In this document: positions 50,830-60,281 of the stretch, piece after piece
Numbering within the stretch: position 1 is the stretch's first letter
Layout: each line of letters starts with the position of its first letter
Source: a bacterium
Lineage (GTDB): Bacteria; Krumholzibacteriota; Krumholzibacteriia; LZORAL124-64-63
Assembly: GCA_031441465.1 (NCBI GenBank)
Contig: JANOEP010000016.1
Coordinates: forward strand, 96,001 to 160,000
Direction: 5' to 3'
Length of the DNA stretch: 64,000 nt
Notes under the pieces: generated by a model
Seen by the model: only the letters and a program-made list of their open reading frames with translations
The model's database searches: none
What the model was told of the DNA's origin: nothing
Made by a program: the position numbers and the translations under genes

Positions 50830-52107
50830 TCATTTCACGTCGTAGCAGATGACTTCCATGGGCGCGGGCTCCTCGTCGCCCTCGGGTCCGCCGGCGGCCC
50901 CCTGCGTCTGCAGGGTGACCATGGCGTCGGTGAAGCCCTTGACCACCACGAAGCGACCCTTGCCGCACTCCATCAGGGCGTCCTTGCTGCTGTCGCCGGG
51001 GCAGGCCACGCGGACCTGCTCGAGGAACTCGCCCGTCGGGGTGAACACGTCGTAGGTGGCCAGGATGCCGGCCGGCTGCTCGTGCCAGCCGCGGCTGCTC
51101 AGGACCCACAGGTTGCCGTCTCCGCCCAGCATCATGCCGTTGATCGTCTCCTCGGTCTTGGAAACCGAGTGCTCGACGGGGAAGGGGATGTTGCGCAGCT
51201 GGGCCGACATGATCGACTCGACCAGCGCGGTTTCCTCGGGCGTGCGGGTCCAGTTCACGTACTGGCGCTCGATCACGCGCTCGAGCTTGCCGTCGGGCGT
51301 GTAGACGTCGATGGCGTAGGCGTTGCGCTGCGAGGCGACGAAGACGCGGCCGTCGTTGCCGAGCACCCACTTGCGGAACTGTGGGAAGTACTCGGTCTCC
51401 TCGTCGATGACGAGCTTGCCGAACTCGTACTTGCGGGACTTGTGCGCGTAGGTCACCAGCGGCTTGCCGTCGGCCGCGTAGCTGCGGATGAAGTTGTCGC
51501 GGATCTGGAAGCCCTCGGTCTGGTTGATCGTGCTCTCGACGCCGCCGAGCACGAGTCGCCCGCTGCGGCCCTGCACGTCGGACAGCGTCAGGAACCCGCC
51601 CTCGGCGGGAGCGTCGCCGCCCGGCACGAAGGTCTTGGCCGGCGTGTCCTTGAGGTCGACGCAGACGATGCGGCCGGGGAAGGTCTGCACCAGGCCCAGC
51701 GTCCCGTCGGGCATGAAGAGCATGTCGACGGGGTAGCGCACCTCGCCGGGACCCTCGCCCTCGCGGCTGAGGGTGCGCGTGAACGCGCCCTGGCCGTCGA
51801 AGACATGAACCTGGTGGAGCTGCGTGTCCAGCAGGTAGACGTTGCCGGCGGCGTCGCCGACGACGCGGGTGATCAGGCCGAAGATGCTCTCCTCGTCGTC
51901 CGCCCCGCCGGCGCGCCAGACCTCCTTCAGGGCCAGAGTCCGCACCCCGACCGAGGGTTGAGCGCCGTTGCGGACGTGCAGCACGCCGTCGACGGTGACC
52001 TGCTCGGCGGCGAACGCCGTCCCGGCCGCCATCGGGATGCAGGAGAGCAGGAAGCAGGCGGCCAGAACGGCGGCCGGACGTGGTAAGCGGTTGCACTTGG
52101 ACATCAT
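50830..52107 (-). CDS. Secreted 6-bladed beta-propeller-like protein
   Basis: Signal peptide; D..GNVYLLD...VHVFD..G...GEGPGE; YDVFTPTGEFL. Confidence 0.7.
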   Translation of the reverse strand: MMSKCNRLPRPAAVLAACFLLSCIPMAAGTAFAAEQVTVDGVLHVRNGAQPSVGVRTLALKEVWRAGGADDEESIFGLITRVVGDAAGNVYLLDTQLHQVHVFDGQGAFTRTLSREGEGPGEVRYPVDMLFMPDGTLGLVQTFPGRIVCVDLKDTPAKTFVPGGDAPAEGGFLTLSDVQGRSGRLVLGGVESTINQTEGFQIRDNFIRSYAADGKPLVTYAHKSRKYEFGKLVIDEETEYFPQFRKWVLGNDGRVFVASQRNAYAIDVYTPDGKLERVIERQYVNWTRTPEETALVESIMSAQLRNIPFPVEHSVSKTEETINGMMLGGDGNLWVLSSRGWHEQPAGILATYDVFTPTGEFLEQVRVACPGDSSKDALMECGKGRFVVVKGFTDAMVTLQTQGAAGGPEGDEEPAPMEVICYDVK

Positions 52108-52278
52108 CGGAACCTCCCGGTGTAGTGGACCGGGGCGCTCCTACGCGCCCGGCCGCCCGAGGTTGCCCCCGGGACGGAATCCTGTCAACCGGGGCGATCC
52201 CCGGCAGTTGTGGGGTCGGAGCCACCGGATACCGCCGCCACCGCCCCGAATCAAGCCACCCGAATCTCGCTTCGGTAA

Positions 52279-52308
52279 TTGACAAAGCGTGTTCTCTTGG
52301 TCTATGAT
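52279..52308 (+). promoter_or_regulatory. sigma70-type promoter
   Basis: TTGACA-N18-TATGAT, ~115 nt upstream of ATG 52424. Confidence 0.65.
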
Positions 52309-52423
52309 CGGTCCTCGGGGGTCGGACCCGCCCACCCGCTCTCTCGCCCAACATCGTGCTGTCAGGTCCGGTCGCAGCCTTGCGTCCGGCGTTGTCGATC
52401 GTCGCACAAACGGGGGAGTCATC

Positions 52424-53119
52424 ATGAAGATCTTGAGCAAGCTGTCCGTCATCGCCCTGCTGCTGAGCGTGGCCACCGCCGCTTGGGCGGTCTGCCCAGA
52501 CGCCGTCGGCACCTTCGCCTACTACAACGGCACGCTGCTCGGCGGCCGTGTTTCGGAAGCCTGGTGCAACGGCGCCGCCGGCCAGCCGGGCAACACCGAG
52601 GACGCCCTGTCCTGGGACGGCGTTGCCCTGGGCACGCAGTGGAGGATCTGGAACCAGGCCATCGACGCCAACGGTCCGCAGCTTTTGAGCGACACCGTCA
52701 ACGGCAGCGGCAACGGCACCCGCCTCTACCGCACCTACTACGAGGGCGGCCAGTTCTGGCTTTCGAAGGACGGGGCCTGGGGCAACGGGATCGACGACCT
52801 GACGGGCTCGATCACGAGCTGCATCGTCGACGTGACGCTCACCTTCATCGGCGGCCAGATCGTCGGCGCGAACTCGAACGTCAACATGACCGGCAGCTTC
52901 GACAACTGCTCGTCCGGTTGCCTGATCGATTATGCGATCTCCAACGCCGCGCTGGTCTGGATGCCGGGGATGGGCACGATGCCCAACGGCTACCCGAGCT
53001 TCCTTTGCGGCGCCACCCTCGGCGAGCTGTTCAACGCCTGCTGCCCGCTGCTGCACATCAGCTGCGTGGTCGCCAACGAAGAGAGCGACTGGAGCTCCGT
53101 CAAGAGCCTGTACCGCTAA
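52424..53119 (+). CDS. Secreted Cys/Gly-rich protein with C-terminal DWSSVKSLYR tag
   Basis: GGGGGAG RBS; signal peptide ending AWA; own promoter and terminator. Confidence 0.8.
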   Translation: MKILSKLSVIALLLSVATAAWAVCPDAVGTFAYYNGTLLGGRVSEAWCNGAAGQPGNTEDALSWDGVALGTQWRIWNQAIDANGPQLLSDTVNGSGNGTRLYRTYYEGGQFWLSKDGAWGNGIDDLTGSITSCIVDVTLTFIGGQIVGANSNVNMTGSFDNCSSGCLIDYAISNAALVWMPGMGTMPNGYPSFLCGATLGELFNACCPLLHISCVVANEESDWSSVKSLYR

Positions 53120-53140
53120 ACGCTCCGCGTACCGTCGCCA

Positions 53141-53168
53141 GGGCCGCCTCCCGAACGGGAGGCGGCCC
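53141..53168 (+). terminator. Probable terminator hairpin
   Basis: GGGCCGCCTCCC-GAAC-GGGAGGCGGCCC, 22 nt after the stop; weak U-tract. Confidence 0.6.
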
Positions 53169-53286
53169 ATTCCATAGGGGGTCGCCGCGCCGATGCAACC
53201 GCGGGTGAGCGCGGTGCGTATCCCGGTTGCCGCGCGACCGGGACACCACCCGGGCGGTGTCCACGTCCGTGTCCAGGAGGCCCGTC

Positions 53287-54372
53287 ATGCGCCGATCCGC
53301 CGTCGTCCCCGTCGCCGCCCTGCTGGTGTTGCTGCTGGCCGGGCCGCTGGCCGCACAGGAATTCACCGAGAGCTTCACCCTCGATTTCACGTCGCTCCAC
53401 GTGGTCGACCTGATCGGGGAGGTGCGCGTCCTGCCGGCGACGGGCGACGCGTTCGAAGTCGAGGTCGCGGTGCGCGGCGAGGACGCCGGTCGCGACCGCC
53501 TGACCTTCGTCGTCGACAAGGACAAGCGCACGCTGCGGATCGACTTCCCGCTGGACAAGGAGCGCGACTACGTCTACCCGCCGCTGAAGAACGGCAAGAC
53601 CTCGATCCGGTTCGACCCGGACGATGCAGGGGATCACGATTTCTGGGACGCCGTGGCCTCGCTGCTCGGCAGCGAGCGCGTGACCGTGCGCGGCAGGGGC
53701 CGCGGCCTGCAGGTCTGGGCCGACGTGACCGTGCGCGTGCCCGCGGGCCGCGAGGCCGACGTTCGCCTGGGCGTGGGCCGCATCGAGGCCGAGGGCGTGC
53801 GCGGCGAACTGGTGCTGGACATCTCCTCCGGGTCGGTGTCGGCGCACGATGTCGACGGCTCGGTCCTGGCCGACACCGGCAGCGGTGCGGTGGAGTTCCT
53901 GGACGTCAGGGGCGACGCCACTGCCGACACCGGCAGCGGCGACGTTGTCATGCGCCGCTGCCGCGGAGACGAGATCAAGGCCGACACCGGCAGCGGCTGC
54001 GTGACCTTCGAGGACGTGGTCTGCAAGCGGCTCGCCGCCGACACCGGCAGCGGCGGCGTGCAGGCCGAGGCCGTCGATGCGGAGTCGGTGCAGATCGACA
54101 CCGGCAGCGGGTCCGTCCTGCTGCAGCTGACGCGCATGGGGGACGGCCGGTTCGAGGTCGACACCGGCAGCGGCGGGGTGGAACTGGTCCTGCCGCGCGA
54201 CGCGTCCTGCCGCGTCGCGGCCGAGACCGGCAGCGGGGGCGTCCGCGTCGACGTGCCGGGCATCGCGGCGCCGGAGCGCGGCGCGGACGTGTACGAGTTC
54301 ACCGTGGGCGGCGGGGCGGCCCCGGTCGGCCTGGATACCGGCAGCGGCGGGATCATGGTTCGCATGCAGTAG
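53287..54372 (+). CDS. DUF4097-type beta-strand repeat protein
   Basis: Signal peptide; eight [DE]TGSG repeats mostly 18-21 aa apart; AGGAGG RBS. Confidence 0.85.
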   Translation: MRRSAVVPVAALLVLLLAGPLAAQEFTESFTLDFTSLHVVDLIGEVRVLPATGDAFEVEVAVRGEDAGRDRLTFVVDKDKRTLRIDFPLDKERDYVYPPLKNGKTSIRFDPDDAGDHDFWDAVASLLGSERVTVRGRGRGLQVWADVTVRVPAGREADVRLGVGRIEAEGVRGELVLDISSGSVSAHDVDGSVLADTGSGAVEFLDVRGDATADTGSGDVVMRRCRGDEIKADTGSGCVTFEDVVCKRLAADTGSGGVQAEAVDAESVQIDTGSGSVLLQLTRMGDGRFEVDTGSGGVELVLPRDASCRVAAETGSGGVRVDVPGIAAPERGADVYEFTVGGGAAPVGLDTGSGGIMVRMQ

Positions 54373-54423
54373 GGTCGTGTTATCATCCCCGGCAGGCTCG
54401 GACCCGAACCGGGGAGTGGTCCC

Positions 54424-56133
54424 ATGAAGAGATTCGTCCAGGTCTTCGCGGCGCCGCTGCTCGCGGCGCTGGTGTCGCTGTCCGGCTGCGGGGAGAAGAT
54501 CGCCGAGACCGCCGAGGTCCCCGCGACCGGGCTGCGGGACGCCGAGGCGCTGCTGGGCCTGGAGTTCACGCCGCGGGAGCGGGCGCTGATGCGCGAGGAT
54601 CTCGCCGAGCAGCGCGCCGCCTACCTCGCCCTGCGGGCCCGCACGCCGCCCAACGACGTGGCGCCGCCGCTGGGGTTCGACCCGCGGCCGGCGGGCTTCC
54701 GCCTGACGATCCCCGACCGTCCGCCGCGCTGGAGCGACGCCGCCGCGCCGCCGCGCCCCGCCGATCTCCAGGAACTCGCCTTCGCGACCGTCGGCGAGCT
54801 GTCCGCTCTGCTGCGTTCGCGGCGGGTCACCTCCCTGGAAATCACCGAGATGTGCCTCGACCGCCTGGCCCGCTTCGGCCCGGAGTTGGCGTGCGTCGTC
54901 TCGCTGACGCCCGAGATCGCGCGGGAGCAGGCTCGTCGCGCCGACCGCGAGATCGCCGCCGGGCGCTGGCGCGGACCCCTGCACGGCGTTCCCTACGGCG
55001 TGAAGGACCTGCTGGCCGTCCGCGGCACGCGCACGACCTGGGGCGCGGAACCCTACCGGGACCAGACGATCGATGAGACGGCCACGGTCGTCGCGAAGCT
55101 GGAGGCGCAGGGCGCCGTGCTCTGCGCCAAGCTGACCCTGGGCGCGCTGGCCATGGGCGACCAGTGGTTCGGCGGCCAGACCCGCAACCCGTGGGATCTG
55201 GAGCAGGGCAGCAGCGGCTCCTCGGCCGGACCCGCCTCGGCGGTGTCGGCGGGGCTGCTGCCTTTCGCCATCGGGTCGGAGACCTGGGGCTCGATCGTCT
55301 CGCCGTCGATGCGCTGCGGCGTGACCGGTCTGCGGCCGACCTTCGGCCGCGTCAGCCGCGCCGGGGCGATGGCCCTGAGCTGGTCGATGGACAAGCTCGG
55401 ACCGATGGCCCGCAGCGCGGAGGACTGCGCGCTGGTGTTCGAGGCGATCCGCGGTGCCGACGGCCGCGACCCCTCGGTGATCGACGCCCCGTTCCCCTAC
55501 GCCCCGCGCGCGGACCTGAGCGGGCTGCGCATCGGTTTCGCGCCGGCGGCCTTCGACACCGCGGGCGACCGCGAGGATCCCGGCCTCGCCCTGGACCGCG
55601 CCGCGCTCGCGGCGCTGCGCGAACTCGGCGCCGAACTGGTGCCGGTCGAACTGCCGCCGGCCGACGCGATGCCGCTGTCGGTGATCCTGACCGCCGAGGC
55701 GGCTGCCGCCTTCGAAGAGTTGACGCTCTCGGGTCGCGACGACCTGCTCTCGCAGCAGGGCCGCGGCGACTGGCCCAACATCTTCCGCGCTGCGCGCCTG
55801 ATCCCCGCGGTGGAGTACCTCCAGGCCAACCGTTTGCGCGCACAGCTCATGGCGGAGGTCGGCCGGCTGTTCGAAGGGATCGACCTGTACGTGGGGCCAT
55901 CGTTCGCGGGGCAGGACCTGCTGATCTTCAACCTCACCGGGCACCCGTGCGTCGTCGTGCCCGACGGGTTCGACGGCGAGGGGCACCCGCGCGCGTGGTG
56001 CTTCGTGGGCCGGCTTTTCGACGAGGCGACCGTGCTCGCCGCGGCGGGTGTCTGGCAGGAAGCGACCGGCTGGCACCGGGCGCACCCGCCTCGTTACGCG
56101 GAGTCCTCGACGGGGGCGGCCGCGGCGCGGTAG
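54424..56133 (+). CDS. Amidase-signature family enzyme (probable lipoprotein)
   Basis: LSGC lipobox-like; GPLHGVPYGVKD, GSSGSSAG, GSETWGSI (Ser-cisSer-Lys triad). Confidence 0.9.
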   Translation: MKRFVQVFAAPLLAALVSLSGCGEKIAETAEVPATGLRDAEALLGLEFTPRERALMREDLAEQRAAYLALRARTPPNDVAPPLGFDPRPAGFRLTIPDRPPRWSDAAAPPRPADLQELAFATVGELSALLRSRRVTSLEITEMCLDRLARFGPELACVVSLTPEIAREQARRADREIAAGRWRGPLHGVPYGVKDLLAVRGTRTTWGAEPYRDQTIDETATVVAKLEAQGAVLCAKLTLGALAMGDQWFGGQTRNPWDLEQGSSGSSAGPASAVSAGLLPFAIGSETWGSIVSPSMRCGVTGLRPTFGRVSRAGAMALSWSMDKLGPMARSAEDCALVFEAIRGADGRDPSVIDAPFPYAPRADLSGLRIGFAPAAFDTAGDREDPGLALDRAALAALRELGAELVPVELPPADAMPLSVILTAEAAAAFEELTLSGRDDLLSQQGRGDWPNIFRAARLIPAVEYLQANRLRAQLMAEVGRLFEGIDLYVGPSFAGQDLLIFNLTGHPCVVVPDGFDGEGHPRAWCFVGRLFDEATVLAAAGVWQEATGWHRAHPPRYAESSTGAAAAR

Positions 56134-57203
56134 CGCCGCAGGCGCGGTCGGACGCGGAAAACGGCGAGGCGCAGCAGGGCGGGGACCGCGCCGCGCCCGA
56201 ATGCCACGGCGCGCACGTTCGGCCGGTCCTCGGGACGGAAGCGGGACTTCATGTAGGAGGCGCCCCGCAGGAAATCGACGGCGCGCAGGCCGTCCTCGCT
56301 GCAGGCCTGCACCGTGCGGTGCATGATCCACTTCCCCGGCGAACCCTTTTCGAAGCCCGGCAGGTGGGCCGTGTTGTAGGCGTGGTAGACGCCGCCGTGG
56401 ACGAAGCCCAGCAGGTAGGCCACCACGCCGCCCCGGACTTCGAGCGTCGAGAGCACCGGCTCGAGCGGGCCCGGCGCGGCGAGCAGGCGCCGCATGAAGT
56501 CCAGGTTGCGGGGGTCGCCGTAGAAGGCGCGGCCCTTGGCCGTCTTGTGGCTGGCGCTCTCCACCGCGACCGTCTCGTCGAGCCGGTCGAGGATGGCGCT
56601 CCCGCGCAGCTGTCGGAAGGACCAATCCCCCCAGGTGTCGTAGACCTTCGGGCGCGTGCGCATTTCGGAGCGGTACTTGCGCGGCAGTCCGGCCTCGAGC
56701 GCCTCCCAGCCGGGCGTCAAATCCAGGTAGGGCAGCCACGAGCTTGGCTCGCTCTCCAGGGCGGGCCAGACCCCGCGCCCCCGCGCGACGGCGGGTTCGT
56801 CCGCGCTCATCTCCTCGAGCCGGACGATGGCGCTGCCGCGGGGAGCCTCGCGCAACCGCCGCCAGATCGCGTCCAGCGCCGCCTCGTGCCCGATGACGAA
56901 CGGGAAGCCCTGGCGGTCGGAAGCCACGTCGCCCACGAAGCAGGTCTCACGCAGGGGGACGCCGTAGTAGCGCGTCCGGCCGGAGCAGAGGGGGGCGCCG
57001 GCGACCAGGCGATCCCCGACGAAGGCGCAGAGGATGCGCAGCGAACGGTTTCGGCCGTGGGCCCGCCACCAGGCGGTGAGCCAGGCCGAAGTCAGGAACA
57101 GGGAGTCGCGGCCCGATCCGGCCAGGCAGGCGTCCCAGGCCGGGGCCAGCGGCAGGAAGTCGTCCAGGTGTTCGATTTCACGGATCTCGTACGGCAAGGC
57201 CAT
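56094..57203 (-). CDS. GNAT family protein, CelD/BcsL-like
   Basis: FLTSAWLTAWW, SPGKWI, VDFLRGASYMK; AAAGGA RBS; 40-nt convergent overlap with the amidase. Confidence 0.8.
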   Translation of the reverse strand: MALPYEIREIEHLDDFLPLAPAWDACLAGSGRDSLFLTSAWLTAWWRAHGRNRSLRILCAFVGDRLVAGAPLCSGRTRYYGVPLRETCFVGDVASDRQGFPFVIGHEAALDAIWRRLREAPRGSAIVRLEEMSADEPAVARGRGVWPALESEPSSWLPYLDLTPGWEALEAGLPRKYRSEMRTRPKVYDTWGDWSFRQLRGSAILDRLDETVAVESASHKTAKGRAFYGDPRNLDFMRRLLAAPGPLEPVLSTLEVRGGVVAYLLGFVHGGVYHAYNTAHLPGFEKGSPGKWIMHRTVQACSEDGLRAVDFLRGASYMKSRFRPEDRPNVRAVAFGRGAVPALLRLAVFRVRPRLRRYRAAAAPVEDSA

Positions 57204-57410
57204 CGGGTCCTTTCGGGGGGAGTCGGGCGAGCGGGACAATCTTGGGTCAAACCGGGTATCCGTCAAGTGGGCGGCCCCGTCGGCCGCCGCTTGACTCCTT
57301 CCCGCCGCCGCTTGACTCCCGCTGTCGGCGCAATAACGTTCCCCGCAGGCACGGACCGGCGTCTCCGACGTCGACACTTCCGTGCGCGGGATTCGTGGAA
57401 GGGGAGAGAG

Positions 57411-58937
57411 ATGACGGTCGTGCTGAACGGCTCCGGCCTGACCATCGACAAGCTGGCGCGCGTGGCGCGCCAAGGCGAACAAGTGGAGCTGGCGCCCGAG
57501 GCGCTGGCGCGTATCGGGGTTTGCCGGGCGATGCTCGAGGAGAAGATCCAGGCGCACGAGATCATGTACGGGGTCAACACGGGCATCGGGGAGTTCTCCG
57601 AGATCGTGCTGAACGACGACCAGGTCAAGGATTTCCAGAAATACCTCATCTACAACCACTCCGCCGGCATCGGCGACCCCGCGCCCGCGGAGTACGTGCG
57701 CGGCGCCATGGTCGGCCGGATCAACGTCCACGCCCACGGCAACAGCGGCTGCCGGCCCGTGATCACGCAGACGCTCGTGGCGATGCTCAACCAGGGCGTC
57801 ACGCCCTACGTCTGCCAGAAGGGCTCGGTCGGCGCCTGCGGCGACCTGGCGCCGATGAGCCAGATCGCGCAGCTGCTGATGGGCGAGGGTCGCGCCTGGT
57901 ACAAGGGCGAGCTGCTGCCCGGCCGGGAAGCCTTCGCCCGCGCCGGCATCCCCGTCCCCGGCCTCGAGGCCCGCGACGGCCTGGCCACCATCAACGGCAG
58001 CAACCTGCTGACCGCGATGAGCGCGCTGCACCTCCACGACATGGACCGGCTGCTGAAGCAGGCCGAAATCGCCTGCTCGATGACGCTCGAGGCGCTGCTG
58101 GCGAACCTCAAGCCCTACACTTCCCAGCTGCACGAGATGCGCGGCTTCCCCGGCGCGGTGCGCAGCGCGGGCGCCATCCGCCGCTGCATCGAGGGCTCGG
58201 ACCTGCAGACCGGCAAGATCAAGACCAAGGTGCAGGACGCCTACTCCATGCGCTCCAGCCCGCAGGTCATCGGCGCGGCGCACGACGCCGTGCGCTGGGC
58301 GCGCGAGCAGGTCGAGATCGAGCTGAACGGGGTCGGCGACAACCCGATCTTCGTGCCCGAGAAGAAGCTGACCCTGACCGGGGCCAACTTCCAGGGCTCG
58401 CCGGTGTCGCTGCCCATGGACATGGCCGGTGCGGCCATGACGATGGTCTGCGTGCTGAGCGAGCGGCGCCTGAACCGCCTGCTCAACCCGGCCCTGAGCG
58501 TGGGCCTGCCGGCCTTCCTGACCAAGGGGGCGGGCATGTTCTCGGGCATGATGCTCAGCCAGTACACCGCCGACTCGCTCATCGTCGAGCAGCGGATCCT
58601 CTGCGCGCCCGCGTCGGTCCAGTCCATCCCCGCTGCGGCGGACCAGGAGGACTTCGTCTCGATGGGCATGAACACGGCCCTGAAGAACAAGCAGATCGTC
58701 GAGAACGCCTGCGGCATCCTGGGCATCGAGTTCATGGCCGCGGCGCAGGCCCTGGACTTCCGCGACTTCCAGAAGGGCAAGGGCGTCGCCGCCGGCCACG
58801 CCGCGGTGCGCGGGTGCGTGGCGTTCCTGGACATCGACCGCCCCCTGCACGACGACCACACCGCGATGATGGAACTGGTGAGGACGTGCGCGATCCTCGA
58901 CCAGGTCGAAGCGGTGGTGGGGGATCTGGCCGGTTGA
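57411..58937 (+). CDS. hutH: MIO-dependent aromatic amino acid ammonia-lyase, probably histidine ammonia-lyase
   Basis: YGVNTGIG, YNHSAG, GSVGACGDLAP, GLATING, VQDAYSMR, DNP, GANFQG, QEDFVSMG. Confidence 0.85.
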   Translation: MTVVLNGSGLTIDKLARVARQGEQVELAPEALARIGVCRAMLEEKIQAHEIMYGVNTGIGEFSEIVLNDDQVKDFQKYLIYNHSAGIGDPAPAEYVRGAMVGRINVHAHGNSGCRPVITQTLVAMLNQGVTPYVCQKGSVGACGDLAPMSQIAQLLMGEGRAWYKGELLPGREAFARAGIPVPGLEARDGLATINGSNLLTAMSALHLHDMDRLLKQAEIACSMTLEALLANLKPYTSQLHEMRGFPGAVRSAGAIRRCIEGSDLQTGKIKTKVQDAYSMRSSPQVIGAAHDAVRWAREQVEIELNGVGDNPIFVPEKKLTLTGANFQGSPVSLPMDMAGAAMTMVCVLSERRLNRLLNPALSVGLPAFLTKGAGMFSGMMLSQYTADSLIVEQRILCAPASVQSIPAAADQEDFVSMGMNTALKNKQIVENACGILGIEFMAAAQALDFRDFQKGKGVAAGHAAVRGCVAFLDIDRPLHDDHTAMMELVRTCAILDQVEAVVGDLAG

Positions 58938-58958
58938 CCGACTCGCTGAGGGTCGCGA

Positions 58959-58986
58959 GAAGGCCGCCCCCGTCGGGGCGGCCTTC
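58959..58986. terminator. Hairpin between convergent genes
   Basis: GAAGGCCGCCCC-CGTC-GGGGCGGCCTTC, perfect 12-bp stem. Confidence 0.6.
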
Positions 58987-59048
58987 GCCGTTGGGCCGGC
59001 CGGTGGATCAGGCGGTCGCTGCGTGCGCGGCCGCCTTCCGGCCGGGAA

Positions 59049-59738
59049 TCAGTCGAGGCGGGTGAAGAAGCGGCCCAGCCTCGGGCGCCAGCCGCGGTCC
59101 CGGTCGACCGAGGCCACGACGGCCAGGGCCCGGCCCTGCAGCGCGTCGCGGCCCACGAACCCGAAATAGCGCGAATCGAAACTGTTGTCGCGGTTGTCGC
59201 CCATGACCAGGTAGGAATCGGGCGGCACCGTCACCGGGCCGAAGTCCCGCAGGGCGCGCCCGTCCGGGGTCAGCATCACGGCGTGGCGGCGGCCGTCGAG
59301 GTCCTCGGTCAGCAGCTCGTGCCGGGCGGTGTCGTCGGGCGGGAGCGCCCAGCGCAGGTCCCCGGCGCGCGGCGTGCAGGCCAGAGGACGGCCGTCGATC
59401 GACAGCCGACCGTCGCGCATCGCCACCGAGTCGCCGGGCAGGCCGACCACGCGCTTGACCAGGCGGGTGCCGTCGTGGGGAGAGGACAGGACGACCACGT
59501 CGCCGTGCCGCGGCTCGCCGGTGCGCGCCAGTTCCCAGCCCGCCAGCGGCGCGCGCAGGGAGAAGGCGGTGCGGTCCACCAAGATGCGGTCGCCCTCGTA
59601 GATGGTGGGCTGCATCGAGCCCGTCGGGACGTCGTACCAGTTGGCGACCGCCGAGCGGAAGCTCAGCGCGCTCAGGACGACCACCAGCAGGGGCAGCTGG
59701 GAACGCAGGCGGCGGGCGAGGGAACTGGTCGGCGACAT
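59049..59738 (-). CDS. lepB: Signal peptidase I
   Basis: VPTGSMQPT (Ser), LVKRVVGLPGD (Lys), MGDNRDNSFDSRYFG. Confidence 0.93.
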   Translation of the reverse strand: MSPTSSLARRLRSQLPLLVVVLSALSFRSAVANWYDVPTGSMQPTIYEGDRILVDRTAFSLRAPLAGWELARTGEPRHGDVVVLSSPHDGTRLVKRVVGLPGDSVAMRDGRLSIDGRPLACTPRAGDLRWALPPDDTARHELLTEDLDGRRHAVMLTPDGRALRDFGPVTVPPDSYLVMGDNRDNSFDSRYFGFVGRDALQGRALAVVASVDRDRGWRPRLGRFFTRLD

Positions 59739-59856
59739 CGGCGGGCCTCCGGCGGCGAGGAGGGCGGGTTGGCGGAGATCTTCATGTATACGTCCGCCTG
59801 GAAGACGCGGTTCCCGAGTCGTGGCGGGCCCCGTCGCCCGCGGCTATCCTGGACGC

Positions 59857-60180
59857 ATGTTCCACCCCGCGACACCGTCGTCCCGCGCTCCCGTTTTCAG
59901 GATCTTGACGGTCCTGCTCCTGCTGGCGAGCCTCGGCGCCTTCCAGGCCTCGCACCTCAAGCACCACTACGACCACGCGGATCGGCAGGCCCACGACGAT
60001 CGCTGCGCCCACAGCGGCCTCTGCGTCGTCTTCCATACCGGGACGCTCACCGAGGACGCCTTCGCGGCGCCTCGGGCCGGCTCCGCCGTCATCGCGCAGC
60101 TCCCGACCGCAGAGGTGCGAACGCTGGGCTTGCTCGTCCTGCCGAGGCGCGAGGCGCGTGCTCCGCCTGTTCCCGCCTGA
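59857..60180 (+). CDS. DUF2946-like His/Cys-rich leader protein with C-terminal RAPP motif
   Basis: 107 aa: hydrophobic segment, HLKHHYDH..H...CAHSGLC...H, ends ARAPPVPA*; lies directly upstream of a metal uptake operon. Confidence 0.7.
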   Translation: MFHPATPSSRAPVFRILTVLLLLASLGAFQASHLKHHYDHADRQAHDDRCAHSGLCVVFHTGTLTEDAFAAPRAGSAVIAQLPTAEVRTLGLLVLPRREARAPPVPA

Positions 60181-60281
60181 TCCCCACGACATCGCCCGAT
60201 ACTGATATGTTCCAGGTTCGGCGCGCCCGACGACCGCCGTCCGCGGTTCCCCGCGCGCGCCCGGAAACAAGGAGAGCGATC

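Noticed and set aside
53870..54350. Regularly spaced GACACCGGCAGCGG repeats resembling a CRISPR array
   Set aside because: They are in-frame DTGSG codons of a DUF4097 protein; the repeats are only ~14 nt and no cas genes are present
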